Part shown: piece by piece, positions 7,320 through 17,030 of the stretch
Layout of the letters: each line of letters opens with the position of its first letter
How positions within the stretch are numbered: position 1 is the stretch's first letter
DNA from: Arenivirga flava
GTDB lineage: Bacteria; Actinomycetota; Actinomycetes; Actinomycetales; Microbacteriaceae
Assembly (NCBI RefSeq): GCF_030161575.1
Contig: NZ_BSUL01000001.1
Coordinates: 1,591,809 to 1,655,808 of the forward strand
Direction of reading: 5' to 3'
DNA length: 64,000 nucleotides
The notes under the pieces: generated by a model
Databases searched by the model: none
The model's input: the letters and a program-made list of their open reading frames with translations, nothing else
What the model was told of the DNA's origin: nothing
Translations under genes and position numbers: made by a program

Positions 7320-8199
7320 CTCAGCCCGCGTTCGCGAACCCGAAACCTGCCGCGCGGCTCACGTCGGCGCGCGGCCACGCCCGACGCGGCGACGCGCCCG
7401 ATGCGGCGATGCGGCGACGCGGCGACGCGGCTGCGCGGCTGCGCGGCGACGCGGCTGCGCGGCTGCGCGGCTGCGACTCAGCGCCGAGACGACGACTCAG
7501 CACCGCATCCGCTGCTGACATGTCGCGAACGCACTGAGTCATAGCGTGGCCCGGCGTCACGACGCTGGCTCCGCGCGACACCGACCGTGAGCGGCACCAG
7601 GCCCGCGCGGCGCCGGCTCCGCGCGGCAACGCCAGTCGCGCGCGGCAACGCGGGCGCGCGCGGCAACGCGGGCGCGCGCGGCAACGCGGGCGCGCGGCGA
7701 CTCAGCACCGAAACGACGACTCAGCACCGCATCCGCTGCTGACATGTCGCGAACGCACTGAGTCATCCGCGAGGCGCGGCAGCGGCGAGTGCAGCGCGGC
7801 GGCAGCGGCGCGGCGCGTACGGCGGGTGCTGCGCGGGGCGGCGCGGTGCGGCGACGCAAGCGCGCGGCCACTCAGCACCCAAGCGACGACTCAGCACCGC
7901 ATCCGCTGCTGACATGTCGCGAACGCACTGAGTCATGCGCGAGGCGCGGCAGCGCGGCGCGGCAGCGCGGCGCGGCAGTGCGGCGCGGCAGCGCGGCGCG
8001 GCAGCGCGGCGCGGCAGCGCGGCGCGGCAGCGCGGCGCGGCAGCGCGGCGCGGCAGCGCGGCGCGGCAGCGCGGCGCGGCAGCGCGGCGCGGCAGCGCGG
8101 CGCGGCAGCGCGGCGCGGCAGCGCGGCGCGGCAGCGCGGCGCGGCAGCGCGGCGGCAGCGCGGCGCGGCAGCGCGGCGGCAGCGCGGCCGCCGCGCGGG
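7320..8199. repeat. Complex repeat region of about 880 bp: three copies of a 65-68-bp element (7475-7542, 7699-7766, 7870-7936) interleaved with simple tandem arrays (8-bp CGCGGCTG, 16-bp GCGGCAACGCGGGCGC, and 15-bp GCGGCAGCGCGGCGC x about 17)
   Basis: Direct reading: gactcagcacc…cgacgactcagcaccgcatccgctgctgacatgtcgcgaacgcactgagtcat recurs three times. It occupies the entire gap between the desaturase stop and the protease start. Confidence 0.9.
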
Positions 8200-9291
8200 T
8201 CACCAGCGTTTGAGGGACATCGCCGTCGGGCAGTCGAAGGGGTCGCGAGCGGAGAGCCCGACCCGGTTGAGGTAGCCGATGACGATGCGGTAGGAGCGCA
8301 CCAGGTTCGTCTCGGTGTACGGCACCGACTGCTGCTGGCAGTGCTCCTTGACGATCTCGCGGGCGCGGGCCAGGGCGGGCCGCGGCATGCTCGGGAAGAG
8401 GTGGTGCTCGATCTGGTAGTTCAGGCCGCCCATGAGCGCGGTCACCGGCACGCCGCCGGTGATGTTGCGGGAGGTGAGCACCTGCTTGCGCAGGAAATCC
8501 ATCTTGCTCTCGCGCGGCACGATCGCCATGCCCTTGTGGTTCGGGGCGAACGAGGCGCCCATGTAGATGCCGAACACGGCCAGCTGCACGCCGAGGAAGG
8601 CGAAAGCCATGCCGAGGGGCAGCAGCCAGAATACGGCGCCGACGACCACGACGAAGCGCGCGGCGATGAGGCCGAGCTCGATCCAACGACCCGGCGTGGT
8701 GGCATCCGTGGCCCGGTCCTTGATGGAGCGCAGGTGCAGGTTGATGCCCTCGAACGCCAGCAGCGGGAAGAACAGGTAGCCCTGGCGGCGGGTGATCCAG
8801 GCGACGATGCCCTTCGCCTTCTCGGCGTCCTCCTCGAGGAAGGAGATCGTGTCGACCTCGATGTCCGGGTCCTTGCCGACCTTGTTCGGGTTGGCGTGGT
8901 GCCGGGTGTGCTTGGTCATCCACCACGAGTACGAGATGCCGACGACTCCGGCGGCGAGGGCGCGGCCGAGCCGGTCGTTGGCCTTGCCCGACTCGAGCAC
9001 GGCGCGGTGCGAGGCCTCGTGGGCCAGGAAGGCCACCTGCGTGAAGACGATGCCGAGGGCGGCCGCCATGAGCAGCTGCAGCCAGGAGTCGCCGAGCAGG
9101 ATCATGCCCGTGATCGTGCCGCCGAGCGCGAGGGCCAGCACCGACATGAGGGTGATGTAGAAGCCGTAGCGGCGGCGCAGCAGTCCGGCGTCGCGGATGG
9201 TGCGCGAGAGCGCCGAGAACGTGCTCGTGATGGCGTCGCCGGGCTCGCGGCGCGGGCGCGTGGGGATAATTCGGGGTGCAGCGAAACTCAT
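8200..9291 (-). CDS. fatty acid desaturase family protein (membrane acyl-lipid/acyl-CoA desaturase)
   Basis: Three His boxes (HEASH, HTRHH, HHLFP) and multiple TM segments. 363 aa. Confidence 0.85.
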   Translation of the reverse strand: MSFAAPRIIPTRPRREPGDAITSTFSALSRTIRDAGLLRRRYGFYITLMSVLALALGGTITGMILLGDSWLQLLMAAALGIVFTQVAFLAHEASHRAVLESGKANDRLGRALAAGVVGISYSWWMTKHTRHHANPNKVGKDPDIEVDTISFLEEDAEKAKGIVAWITRRQGYLFFPLLAFEGINLHLRSIKDRATDATTPGRWIELGLIAARFVVVVGAVFWLLPLGMAFAFLGVQLAVFGIYMGASFAPNHKGMAIVPRESKMDFLRKQVLTSRNITGGVPVTALMGGLNYQIEHHLFPSMPRPALARAREIVKEHCQQQSVPYTETNLVRSYRIVIGYLNRVGLSARDPFDCPTAMSLKRW

Positions 9292-9417
9292 GACGCGGCT
9301 TTCGGGTGGGGTCCGACTTCACAGCCGCGGGGGTGGGAGCGTGCGCTCCATCGTGCAGATGGTCCAAGGCTAACCGCCGCCCGCCGGGGTCCGGTCCGCC
9401 GCGGCGGATTCGGAGCC

Positions 9418-9442
9418 GCCGCGCTGAGCCCTCTCAGCGCAG
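9418..9442. terminator. Hairpin gcgctgag-aggg-ctcagcgc spanning the stop codon of the PutA C-terminal frame
   Basis: 8-bp stem with a 4-nt loop at the end of the gene. Confidence 0.35.
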
Positions 9443-12400
9443 CGGCGTGCCGAAGCGGTGGTTCGTGATGCTCAGCGACTGCTCCCGCAGGTACGGCAGC
9501 AGCGCCGCGCGCGGGTGCGGCGCCGGACCGACCGCGAGGTGGATCGCCGGCGAGCCGAGCGCCCACGCGATGCTCTTCGCATAGACCGGGTCGACGAGGC
9601 GGATGCGGGAGGGCCGCCGCTTCGACACCGCCCCGATCCACTGCTGGTCCGTCTCGACGAGCGCGAAGTCCGCGAACGGCACCTCCGCCTCCGACCACGC
9701 CCGCGCGACGGTCGGAGGCAGGGAGAGGGTGAGGATCGCGCCGGTGCGCAGGGCCGCGGCGATCTCGCGCAGCACGGCGACCGGGTCGGCGGCCTCGTTC
9801 ATCCGCAGCTCGATGGTGGCCGGTCGGTAGCGCAGCTCGTTGCGCTCGACGCCGAGACCCGAGGGTCTTGCGGCTCGGCGTAGCGCTCGCGCCAGGCGAG
9901 CTCGTCGCCGATGACGGCGGCGCGCAGCCCGAGCATCGCGTCGGTGGACGAGGGGTCGCCGCCGATGATCCGCTCGGCCGCCGCGAGCACCCGGGCGACG
10001 CGTTCGTGCACCTCGCCGCGCAGCGACGCCGCATCGAGGTCGAAGGGCGCGAGGTCGCCGAAGCCGAGCAGGTAGTTCGGGCCGCCGGCCTTGGCACCGG
10101 GGCCGACCGACGAGCGCTTCCAGCCGCCGAAGGGCTGGCGCCGCACGATCGCGCCCGTGATGCCGCGGTTGACGTAGAGGTTGCCGGCGCGCACCTCCTC
10201 GAGCCACAGCTCCTGCTCCTCGACGTCGAGGCTGTGCAGGCCCGCGGTGAGCCCGAAGTCCGTGGCGTTCTGCAGCTCGATGGCCTCCTCAAGGCTGCCG
10301 GCCGCCATGATGCCGAGCACCGGGCCGAACGCCTCGGTGCGGTGGAACGGGCTGCCGGGCTGCACGCCGGCCTTGATGCCGGGGCTCCACAGACGGCCCT
10401 CGTCGTCGAGTCGGCGCGGTTCGAGCAGCCAGCGCTCCCCCGGCTGCAGCACGGTGAGCGCGTCGAGCAGCTTGCCGGCGGCCGGCTCGATGAGCGGACC
10501 CATCTGGGCGCGCGGGTCCTGCGGCAGGGCCACCACGAGCGAGGCGGCCGCATCGACGAGCTGCCGCTCGAAGCGCTCGGACTCGGCGACGCTGCCCACG
10601 AGGATCGCCAGCGATGCCGCCGAGCACTTCTGGCCGGCGTGCCCGAAGGCGCTGCGCACGAGGTCGGCGACCGCGAGGTCGAGGTCGGCGCTGGGGGTCA
10701 CGACGAGGGCGTTCTTGCCGCTGGTCTCGGCGAGCAGCGGCAGCTCGGGCTTCCACGAGCGGAACAGCTCCGCCGTCTCGTAGGCGCCGGTCAGCACGAC
10801 ACGGTCGATGCCCGCGTGCGTGACGAGCCGCTTGCCGAGGTCGCCCTCGGCGACGTCCGCGAGGCGCAGCACGGACCTCGGCACGCCCGCGTCCCACAGC
10901 GCCTGCACGACGACGGCCGCCGAGCGGCGCACCTGCGGGGCGGGTTTGAGGATGACGGACGCCCCCGCGGCGAGCGCCGCGAGCACACCGCCGGCGGGGA
11001 TCGCGACGGGGAAGTTCCAGGGCGGCACGACGAGCACGAGCGTCGCCGGGGTGAAGCCGAGGTCGTCGAGCTCGGGCGCCAGGGAGGCGTAGTACTCGGC
11101 GAAGTCGGCGGCCTCGCTGACCTCCGCGTCGCCCTCGGAGAGGGTCTTGCCCGCCTCGCTCGCCATGACCTCGAGCAGCTCCTCGCGCGCCGCGCGCAGC
11201 GAGGCGGCGGCGACCCGCAGGACGCGGGCGCGCTCCTGGGCGCTCAGCCCGCCCCACTCCGGCTGGGCGGCGCGCGTCGCGGCGACGAGCCCGTCGACCG
11301 ACTCGGGCTTGGTGATCGCCGAGTCGGCCACGAGCTGCCGCCCCAGGTCGGAGTCGGCGGAGCGCTCGAGGATCGCCCGCCCCCAGGTGCGGTTCGCCGC
11401 GACGGCGGTGTCGGTGTCCGGGGTGTTCACGAAGTGCTCGTGCGCCTCCGGCTGCTCGGTCGCGCGGTCCTGCACCCGGTTCGGGCCGACCCGCGGCGAG
11501 ACGGTGAGCGCTCGGGCGGCGCGGTAGCGCTCCGCCTCCCGCTCGAAGAGCGAGTGCTCGCCGGTGAGCCGGTAGAGCGCGCTCATGAAGTTCTCGGGGC
11601 TGCCGTTCTCCTCGAGGCGGCGCACCAGGTAGGCGATGGCCGCGTCGAAGTGCTGGGGGTCGACGACCGGCGTGTAGAGCAGCAGCCCGCCGACGTCCTC
11701 GCGGATCCGCTCGCCCAGCTCGTCGGCCATGCCCAGCAGCATCTCGACGTCGACGTGCTCGCTGAGGCCGCGCCGCTCGGCGAGCAGGTGCGTGTGCGCG
11801 ATGTCGAAGACGTTCTGACCGGCGGCGCCCAGGTGCACCCAGCGCATCCGCTCGGGGTGCAGCATGCGGTCGATGACGGCGCGGTAGTTCGCATCCGTCT
11901 CCGCCTTGCTGCCGAAGGTGGCCAGCGGCCAACCGTGGATCGCCGCGTCGACGCGCTCCATCGACAGGTTGGCGCCCTTGACCACGCGGATCTTGATGGG
12001 CGCCCCGCCGGCGCGCACCCGGTCGCGCGCCCATCCGGTCAGCTCGTCGACGGCGCCCAGGGCGTCGGGCAGGTACGCCTGCACGACGATGCCGGCGCGC
12101 AGGCCGAGCAGCTCCTCGTGGTCGAGCAGCCGCCGGAACACCGCGATGGTGAGGCCGAGGTCGCGGTACTCCTCCATGTCGAGGTTGATGAACTTCGGCG
12201 TCGGGCTGGCGGCGGCGTACCGGTAGAGCGGCAGCACCCGCTCCACGACGCGCTCCACCGTCTCGTCGAAGGCCCAGAGGCCCAGGTTGCTGACGATGTT
12301 GCTGATCTTGATCGACACGTAGTCGACGTCGTCGCGCCGCAGCAGCCGGTCGATGCCCTCGAGCCGGCGCTGCGCCTCCGTCTCGCCCAGCACGGCCTCG

Positions 12401-12918
12401 CCGAGCAGGTTGATGTTCAGCCGCACCCCGGGGGTGCGCAGCTTCGCCATCGCCGCGCCGAAGGCCTCGGGCGTCGCGTCGACGATGAGGTGGCCGACCA
12501 GCTCGCGCAGCACCCGCCGCGCGATGTGCACGACCGGCCGGGGCAGGATGCGGGCACTCGGCCCGCCCGCGCCCAGCACGGCCTGCAGGCCCAGCGGCAG
12601 GAAGCGGGGCGGCGGGCTCGCCAGACGGGCGAGCTCGCGCGCCGCGGCCCTGGAGTCCTCCGGCCGCACGACCCGGTCGACGAAGTCGATGGTGAAGCGC
12701 AGGCCCTCCGGGTCCTCGAGCGCGCGGGCGAGCAGCGCGGCCGATCCGCGCGGCTTGTGCGCGGCCGCCTCCTCGCTCCATCGCCTGGCGAGCGCGACGA
12801 CCTCCTCGGTGAAGGCGTCGTCGACGATCGCCGGTCGCTCGACGGTGGCGTCGTCGAGCGGATGGGCGGCGGCGGTGCGCTCGGTCGGGGGCTCCTCGGG
12901 TGCGGCGCGATCCTGCAT
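9434..12918 (-). CDS. putA: bifunctional proline dehydrogenase / L-glutamate gamma-semialdehyde (P5C) dehydrogenase PutA, with an apparent -1 frameshift about 140 codons before the C-terminus (near 9840-9860)
   Basis: PRODH and ALDH domains (…QAYLPDALGA…, …VLKPAPQ…GQKCSAAS…). The main frame ends at 9799, but a protein-like C-terminal continuation (GVERNELRYRPATIELRMNE…REQSLSITNHRFGTPLR) runs in another frame to 9434. The likely start is ATG at 12918 (MQDRAAPEEP), preceded by gggaggg. Confidence 0.8.
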
Positions 12919-13060
12919 CCGCTCAGCATCGCCCTCCCGCCTGGGGGAGCGCAGGGCGGCGCGCCGTCGCCCAGCGGTCCCCAGGACTTCGCGTCGCGGT
13001 CGGCTGGGTGCCGGCCCCGCGCATCCGCCCGCCACGCGGCGATGCCGGTAGAACGGTGCG

Positions 13061-13900
13061 ATGGCGGATGAGCGGATGCAGGACCTCGGCGCGGGCCCGG
13101 ACCCCGGAGCGGAGGGCGAGCTGCGGCAGGACCGGCGGATCGGCACCGTCGAGCTGACCCACTGGTACACCCCGTGGGGGCGGGCGCTGGCCGCGCTCGC
13201 GCACCGGATCGGCGAGCGGCTGGGCCCGTACGCGGCCCTCATCATCACGCTGCTCGTCGGCGCCGGCATCGCGTTCGCGCTCAGCGCCGTCGCCGTCCAG
13301 GTCTACGACGCCGTCACGGACGAGGACGGCGTCGCCGGCGTCGACCAGCCGCTGCTCGACCTCGCACTCGGCCTCAGGAGCCCGACCGCCGAGACCGTCG
13401 TCACCCTCTTCACCGACCTCGCGGGCACCACCGTCATGCCGATCATCGCGGTGGGCACGGCGCTCATCCTGGGCGTGCACCGCCGCTCCTGGACCCCCGT
13501 CGTCCTGATCGTCGCCTCGGGCGGCGGATCGCTGCTCATGACGATCGCGGGCAAGGAGCTGATCCAGCGCGAGCGCCCGCCGCTCGCCGACGCCGTGCCG
13601 CCGTTCGAGCACTCCCCGTCGTTCCCGAGCGGCCACACGCTCAACGCCGTGGCGGTCGTCGGCATCATCGCCTACCTGCTCATGCTGCGCCGCAGCACGA
13701 CGCGGGCCCGTGTCGCGCTCGCCATCGGCGCCGTGCTCGTCGCCGCGTTCGTCGGGCTCAGCCGCGTGTACCTCGGCCACCACTGGTTCACCGATGTGCT
13801 GAGCGGATGGGCGCTCGGCGCCGCCTGGCTGTCGCTCGTGATCACGGCGCACCGCCTGTACCTGACGGCCCGGGAGCGGTCGCGCAGCAGCGCCTCCTAG
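13061..13900 (+). CDS. PAP2 superfamily phosphatase (phosphatidic acid phosphatase type 2 / undecaprenyl-diphosphatase-like), membrane protein
   Basis: KxxxxxxRP…PSGH…SRxxxxxHxxxD motifs (KELIQRERPP, PSGHTL, SRVYLGHHWFTD) and multiple TM helices. Confidence 0.8.
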   Translation: MADERMQDLGAGPDPGAEGELRQDRRIGTVELTHWYTPWGRALAALAHRIGERLGPYAALIITLLVGAGIAFALSAVAVQVYDAVTDEDGVAGVDQPLLDLALGLRSPTAETVVTLFTDLAGTTVMPIIAVGTALILGVHRRSWTPVVLIVASGGGSLLMTIAGKELIQRERPPLADAVPPFEHSPSFPSGHTLNAVAVVGIIAYLLMLRRSTTRARVALAIGAVLVAAFVGLSRVYLGHHWFTDVLSGWALGAAWLSLVITAHRLYLTARERSRSSAS

Positions 13901-14086
13901 GGTGACCGGACGAGGATCGCCACCACCGGGGGCACCGGGTTCGTCGGACGGCACCTGGCCGAGCGCCTCGGACCGGAGGATGCGGTCGTCGTCTCGCGGC
14001 GCACCGGCACCGCGGTCGACGACGTCGCGGCGCCGCCGCCGCGCGGCGGGTCCACGCTCGCCGACCTCCGACTCGGGCGGCGCTGA
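13901..14086 (+). pseudogene. N-terminal remnant of an NAD-dependent epimerase/dehydratase (about 60 codons, no start codon, abuts the PAP2 stop)
   Basis: In-frame continuation after the PAP2 TAG reads RIATTGGTGFVGRHLAERLGPEDAVVVSRRTG… (a Rossmann GxxGxxG), then terminates at a TGA at 14084-14086. There is no ATG/GTG in frame. Confidence 0.35.
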
Positions 14087-14089
14087 GCC

Positions 14090-14833
14090 TCAGCGTCCGG
14101 CGTCCTCCTCCAGCCAGCCGCGCTGCAGTGCGACGACCTCGGGCAGCGCCCGGCCGTTGACCGGCGCGACCCAGCGGGCCCCGTTGGCGAGCACGCGGCG
14201 CACCTCGGGCTGGTGGTAGACGGGGTACTCCTGGTCGCCCGGCGAGAAGTAGAAGATGCGCCCGCGACCGCGCGTGAAGGTGACGCCGGAACGGAACACC
14301 TCGCCGCCTGCGAAGGTCGACAGGAAGATGACGTCGTCGGGCTTCGGGATGTCGAAGTACTCCGAGTAGACCTCCTGCGCGGGGATCGTGAAGCGCGGCG
14401 GCACGTCCGCGGCGATGGGATGGCCGGGGTCGACCGTCCACACCCGCTCCTGATCGCCGTCGTTGCGCCAGCCCAGCGAGCAGGTGGTGCCGAGCAGGCG
14501 GATGAACGGCTTCGCGAAGTGCCCGGAGTGCAGCACCACGAGGCCCATGCCCGCCTGCACCGAGCGCTGCACGCGGTCGACGACCTCGTCCGAGACCTCG
14601 TCGTGCGCGATGTGGCCCCACCAGAGCAGCACGTCCGTGTCGTCGAGGCGCTCCTGCGACAGGCCGTGCTCGGGGTCGGCCAGCGTGGCGGTCTCGACCC
14701 GTGCATCCGGCAGCAGCTCGCGCAGGCCGTCGGCGATCGCCGTGTGGATGCCGTGCGGGTAGTGGCCGAGCACCGTGGCGTCGCCGCGGGTCTCGTGCAC
14801 GTTCTCGTTCCAGACCAGGATGCGCAGGCTCAC
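14090..14833 (-). CDS. ThuA domain-containing protein (trehalose-utilisation ThuA-like)
   Basis: GTG start overlaps the upstream stop (GTGA). 247 aa: …ILVWNENVHE…LLWWGHIAHDEV…GLVVLHSGHFAKPF…. Confidence 0.75.
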   Translation of the reverse strand: MSLRILVWNENVHETRGDATVLGHYPHGIHTAIADGLRELLPDARVETATLADPEHGLSQERLDDTDVLLWWGHIAHDEVSDEVVDRVQRSVQAGMGLVVLHSGHFAKPFIRLLGTTCSLGWRNDGDQERVWTVDPGHPIAADVPPRFTIPAQEVYSEYFDIPKPDDVIFLSTFAGGEVFRSGVTFTRGRGRIFYFSPGDQEYPVYHQPEVRRVLANGARWVAPVNGRALPEVVALQRGWLEEDAGR

Positions 14834-15924
14834 AGCGCGATCTCCTTGCCCTCGGCGGCGGAGCGGTAGCAGGCGTCGATGATGCGGGCCCGGGTGAGCG
14901 CGTGGCTGCCGTCGTGCCGCGCCCACCGCTGCGGGTCGCGCACGGTCGCCACGAACTCCTCGACGACGGCCTCGTGGCCGCGACCGGCGACCGCGGGCGG
15001 CGAGTAGTCGGAGCCCTCGCCCTCGCGGAACACCCGGATCTCGCCGACGGGGGTCTCGGTGGCGCCGCGGATGACCAGCTCGGCACCGCCCTCCGTGCCG
15101 AAGACCGCGAAATCGATGAGGTCGACCGGGTCGCGGTAGGCGGCCCAGGACGACTCGACGACGAGGGTGCCCCCGCCCTCGAGGCGCAGGAACGCCGAGA
15201 CGAGGTCCTCCACCTCGAAGGGCGAGGTGAGCTCGTCGACGGGCACGCCGACCGCACCGCCGAGGCCGCGCGGGCCGAGCTCCGAATGGGTGGCCGCGCT
15301 CACGGCGATCACCTCCGGCTCGCCGAGCAGGTGCAGCGCGTAGTCGAGCACGTGCACGCCCAGGTCGGCCATGGGGCCGCCGCCCGACATCTCGTGGTTC
15401 GTGAACCAGCTGCCGAGCCGCGGGATGCCGCTGCGCCGCATCCAACTGGCCTTCGCGTGGTAGGCCCGGCCGATCTCGCCGGCGTCGATCACCTGCTTGA
15501 GCGCCTGCACGTCGCCGCGGCGGCGGTGGTTGAAGGCCACGTCGAGCACGCGACCGGCCTCGCGGGCGGCGGCGACCATCCGACCGCCCTCCTCCGCGTT
15601 GCGGGCGATCGGCTTCTCGCTGAGCACGTGCAGGCCGCGCTCGAGGGCGGCGATCGCGATGGGCGCGTGCAGGAAGGTGGGCACGGCGACGCTGACGGCG
15701 TCGAGCTCGTCGAGCGCGACGAGGTCCTCCCAGTCGGCGAGGACCAGCGGCACCTCGAACTCCTGACCGAGGGCGAGGCCGAGCTCGGCCTCCTTGCCGG
15801 CGATCGCGACGACCTCCACGCCCGGCATGCCGCTGTACGCGGCGAGATGCTGCTGCCCCGCCCAGCCGAGGCCGACCACCCCCACCCGCAGCGGCTGTTC
15901 GGTATCGATCGCGGTGATGGTCAT
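14830..15924 (-). CDS. Gfo/Idh/MocA family NAD(P)-binding oxidoreductase
   Basis: MTITAIDTEQPLRVGVVGLGWAGQQH… Rossmann N-terminus with the EKP motif (SEKPIA). ATG at 15924 with a gaagggg RBS. It is coupled to the ThuA gene, a common pairing. Confidence 0.85.
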   Translation of the reverse strand: MTITAIDTEQPLRVGVVGLGWAGQQHLAAYSGMPGVEVVAIAGKEAELGLALGQEFEVPLVLADWEDLVALDELDAVSVAVPTFLHAPIAIAALERGLHVLSEKPIARNAEEGGRMVAAAREAGRVLDVAFNHRRRGDVQALKQVIDAGEIGRAYHAKASWMRRSGIPRLGSWFTNHEMSGGGPMADLGVHVLDYALHLLGEPEVIAVSAATHSELGPRGLGGAVGVPVDELTSPFEVEDLVSAFLRLEGGGTLVVESSWAAYRDPVDLIDFAVFGTEGGAELVIRGATETPVGEIRVFREGEGSDYSPPAVAGRGHEAVVEEFVATVRDPQRWARHDGSHALTRARIIDACYRSAAEGKEIAL

Positions 15925-16208
15925 CGGGGCCCCTTCGCTCGGCGGGCGCGGGAGAGCGCACGCGCACGCGGCGACCCTATCGAACGGGGGTGGGGCGCCC
16001 CTCCATCCGACGGGATCCGGCGCTCGACCGCCCGGCGCGCGCTCGTCGCAGGGCGGAAACGCGGCTGAAACAGGCCCCCCGTAGCGTGCGGTGCAGCGGA
16101 TGCGCGCACCGGCGGGAGTCCGCCCGGATCGCCCCGTCCGGACGGCTGGACAGCGCCGGCCGCTCGCCGCATCCGCTCGTTCCATCCGCTCCGACCGTCA
16201 GGACCCCC

Positions 16209-16823
16209 ATGCGCACCGCCGACCTCGCCCACCAGTTCACGATCGCCCTGCCCGCGTGGATCGACGAGGAGCTCGCCGAGGTTCCCGAGGCGCTGCCGGA
16301 CCGCGACGAGCGGATGCGGCTGGTCAACCGGCTGGCGGCCCGCAACTTCCGCGAGGGCAACGGCGGCCCGTTCGCCGCCATCGTGGTCGAGACGGAGACG
16401 GGGCGGATCGTCTCGGTCGGCGTCAACGTGGTGCTCGGCACCGGCATCTCCTCCGGCCACGCCGAGGTCACCGCGCTCGGCCTCGCGCAGGCGCGGCTCG
16501 ACAGCTGGGACCTCGGCGCCGAAGGGCTGCCGGAGCACGAGCTCGTCGTCAACTGGCGGCCCTGCGTGCAGTGCTACGGCGCCACGATGTGGTCCGGCGT
16601 GCGCACCCTGGTGATCGCCGGCTCGGGCCCCGAGCTCGAGGAGATCAGCACCTTCGACGAGGGCCCGATGCACGAGCAGTGGCACGCGCAGTTCGAGGAG
16701 CGCGGCATCGCGGTGGTCACCGACGTGCTGCGCGACGAGGCGATCGAGGTCTTCCGCGCGTACCGCGAGGCCGTCGACGCGGATGCGGTGGTCGTCTACA
16801 ACGCGCGCGGCGCCGCGAGCTGA
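16209..16823 (+). CDS. nucleoside deaminase (cytidine/deoxycytidylate deaminase zinc-binding family; guanine/tRNA-adenosine deaminase-like)
   Basis: HAE…PCxxC zinc motifs (SGHAEVTALG; WRPCVQCYGA). ATG at 16209. The upstream part of the listed ORF is Arg-rich junk. Confidence 0.8.
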   Translation: MRTADLAHQFTIALPAWIDEELAEVPEALPDRDERMRLVNRLAARNFREGNGGPFAAIVVETETGRIVSVGVNVVLGTGISSGHAEVTALGLAQARLDSWDLGAEGLPEHELVVNWRPCVQCYGATMWSGVRTLVIAGSGPELEEISTFDEGPMHEQWHAQFEERGIAVVTDVLRDEAIEVFRAYREAVDADAVVVYNARGAAS

Positions 16824-16919
16824 CCCGCCCGGCGCTGCTGCGCCCCGCGGCTGCGCTCCCCCGGCCCTGCGCTCCCTCGGCCTGCGCTCCCCCGGCCGAA
16901 CCCTCGGCCCGCCCCGGTG

Positions 16920-16999
16920 CCGAATGCAGCGGGTTCCGCCACCGGCCCCGGAGTCACGCGGGCCAGGCCCGGCGTTGCGCGACGATCCACTGCATTCGG
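16920..16999. repeat. Palindromic element CCGAATGCAG…CTGCATTCGG (10-bp perfect IR, about 60-bp spacer), preceded by 3 x 16-bp tandem repeats (16847-16896)
   Basis: Direct reading. It sits in a convergent intergenic region and its core resembles the CCGAATGACGG element family. Confidence 0.6.
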
Positions 17000-17030
17000 C
17001 ATCGGGGGGCGGGCCGGAGGGCGTGGGGGC

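Noticed and set aside
7321-7871. Small repeated minus-strand ORFs encoding MTQCVRDMSAADAVLSRR(L/F)GAE within the 65-bp repeat copies
   Set aside because: They have no ribosome-binding context, and the reading frames run straight into simple-sequence arrays. The diverged fourth copy at 50591 does not preserve the frame. I treat them as a noncoding repeat element.
7320-8199. Possible CRISPR array (regular repeats with intervening sequence)
   Set aside because: The 'spacers' are themselves simple tandem repeats, not unique sequences. The repeat units are 8-18 bp or 65 bp rather than 28-37 bp with constant spacing. There are no cas genes.
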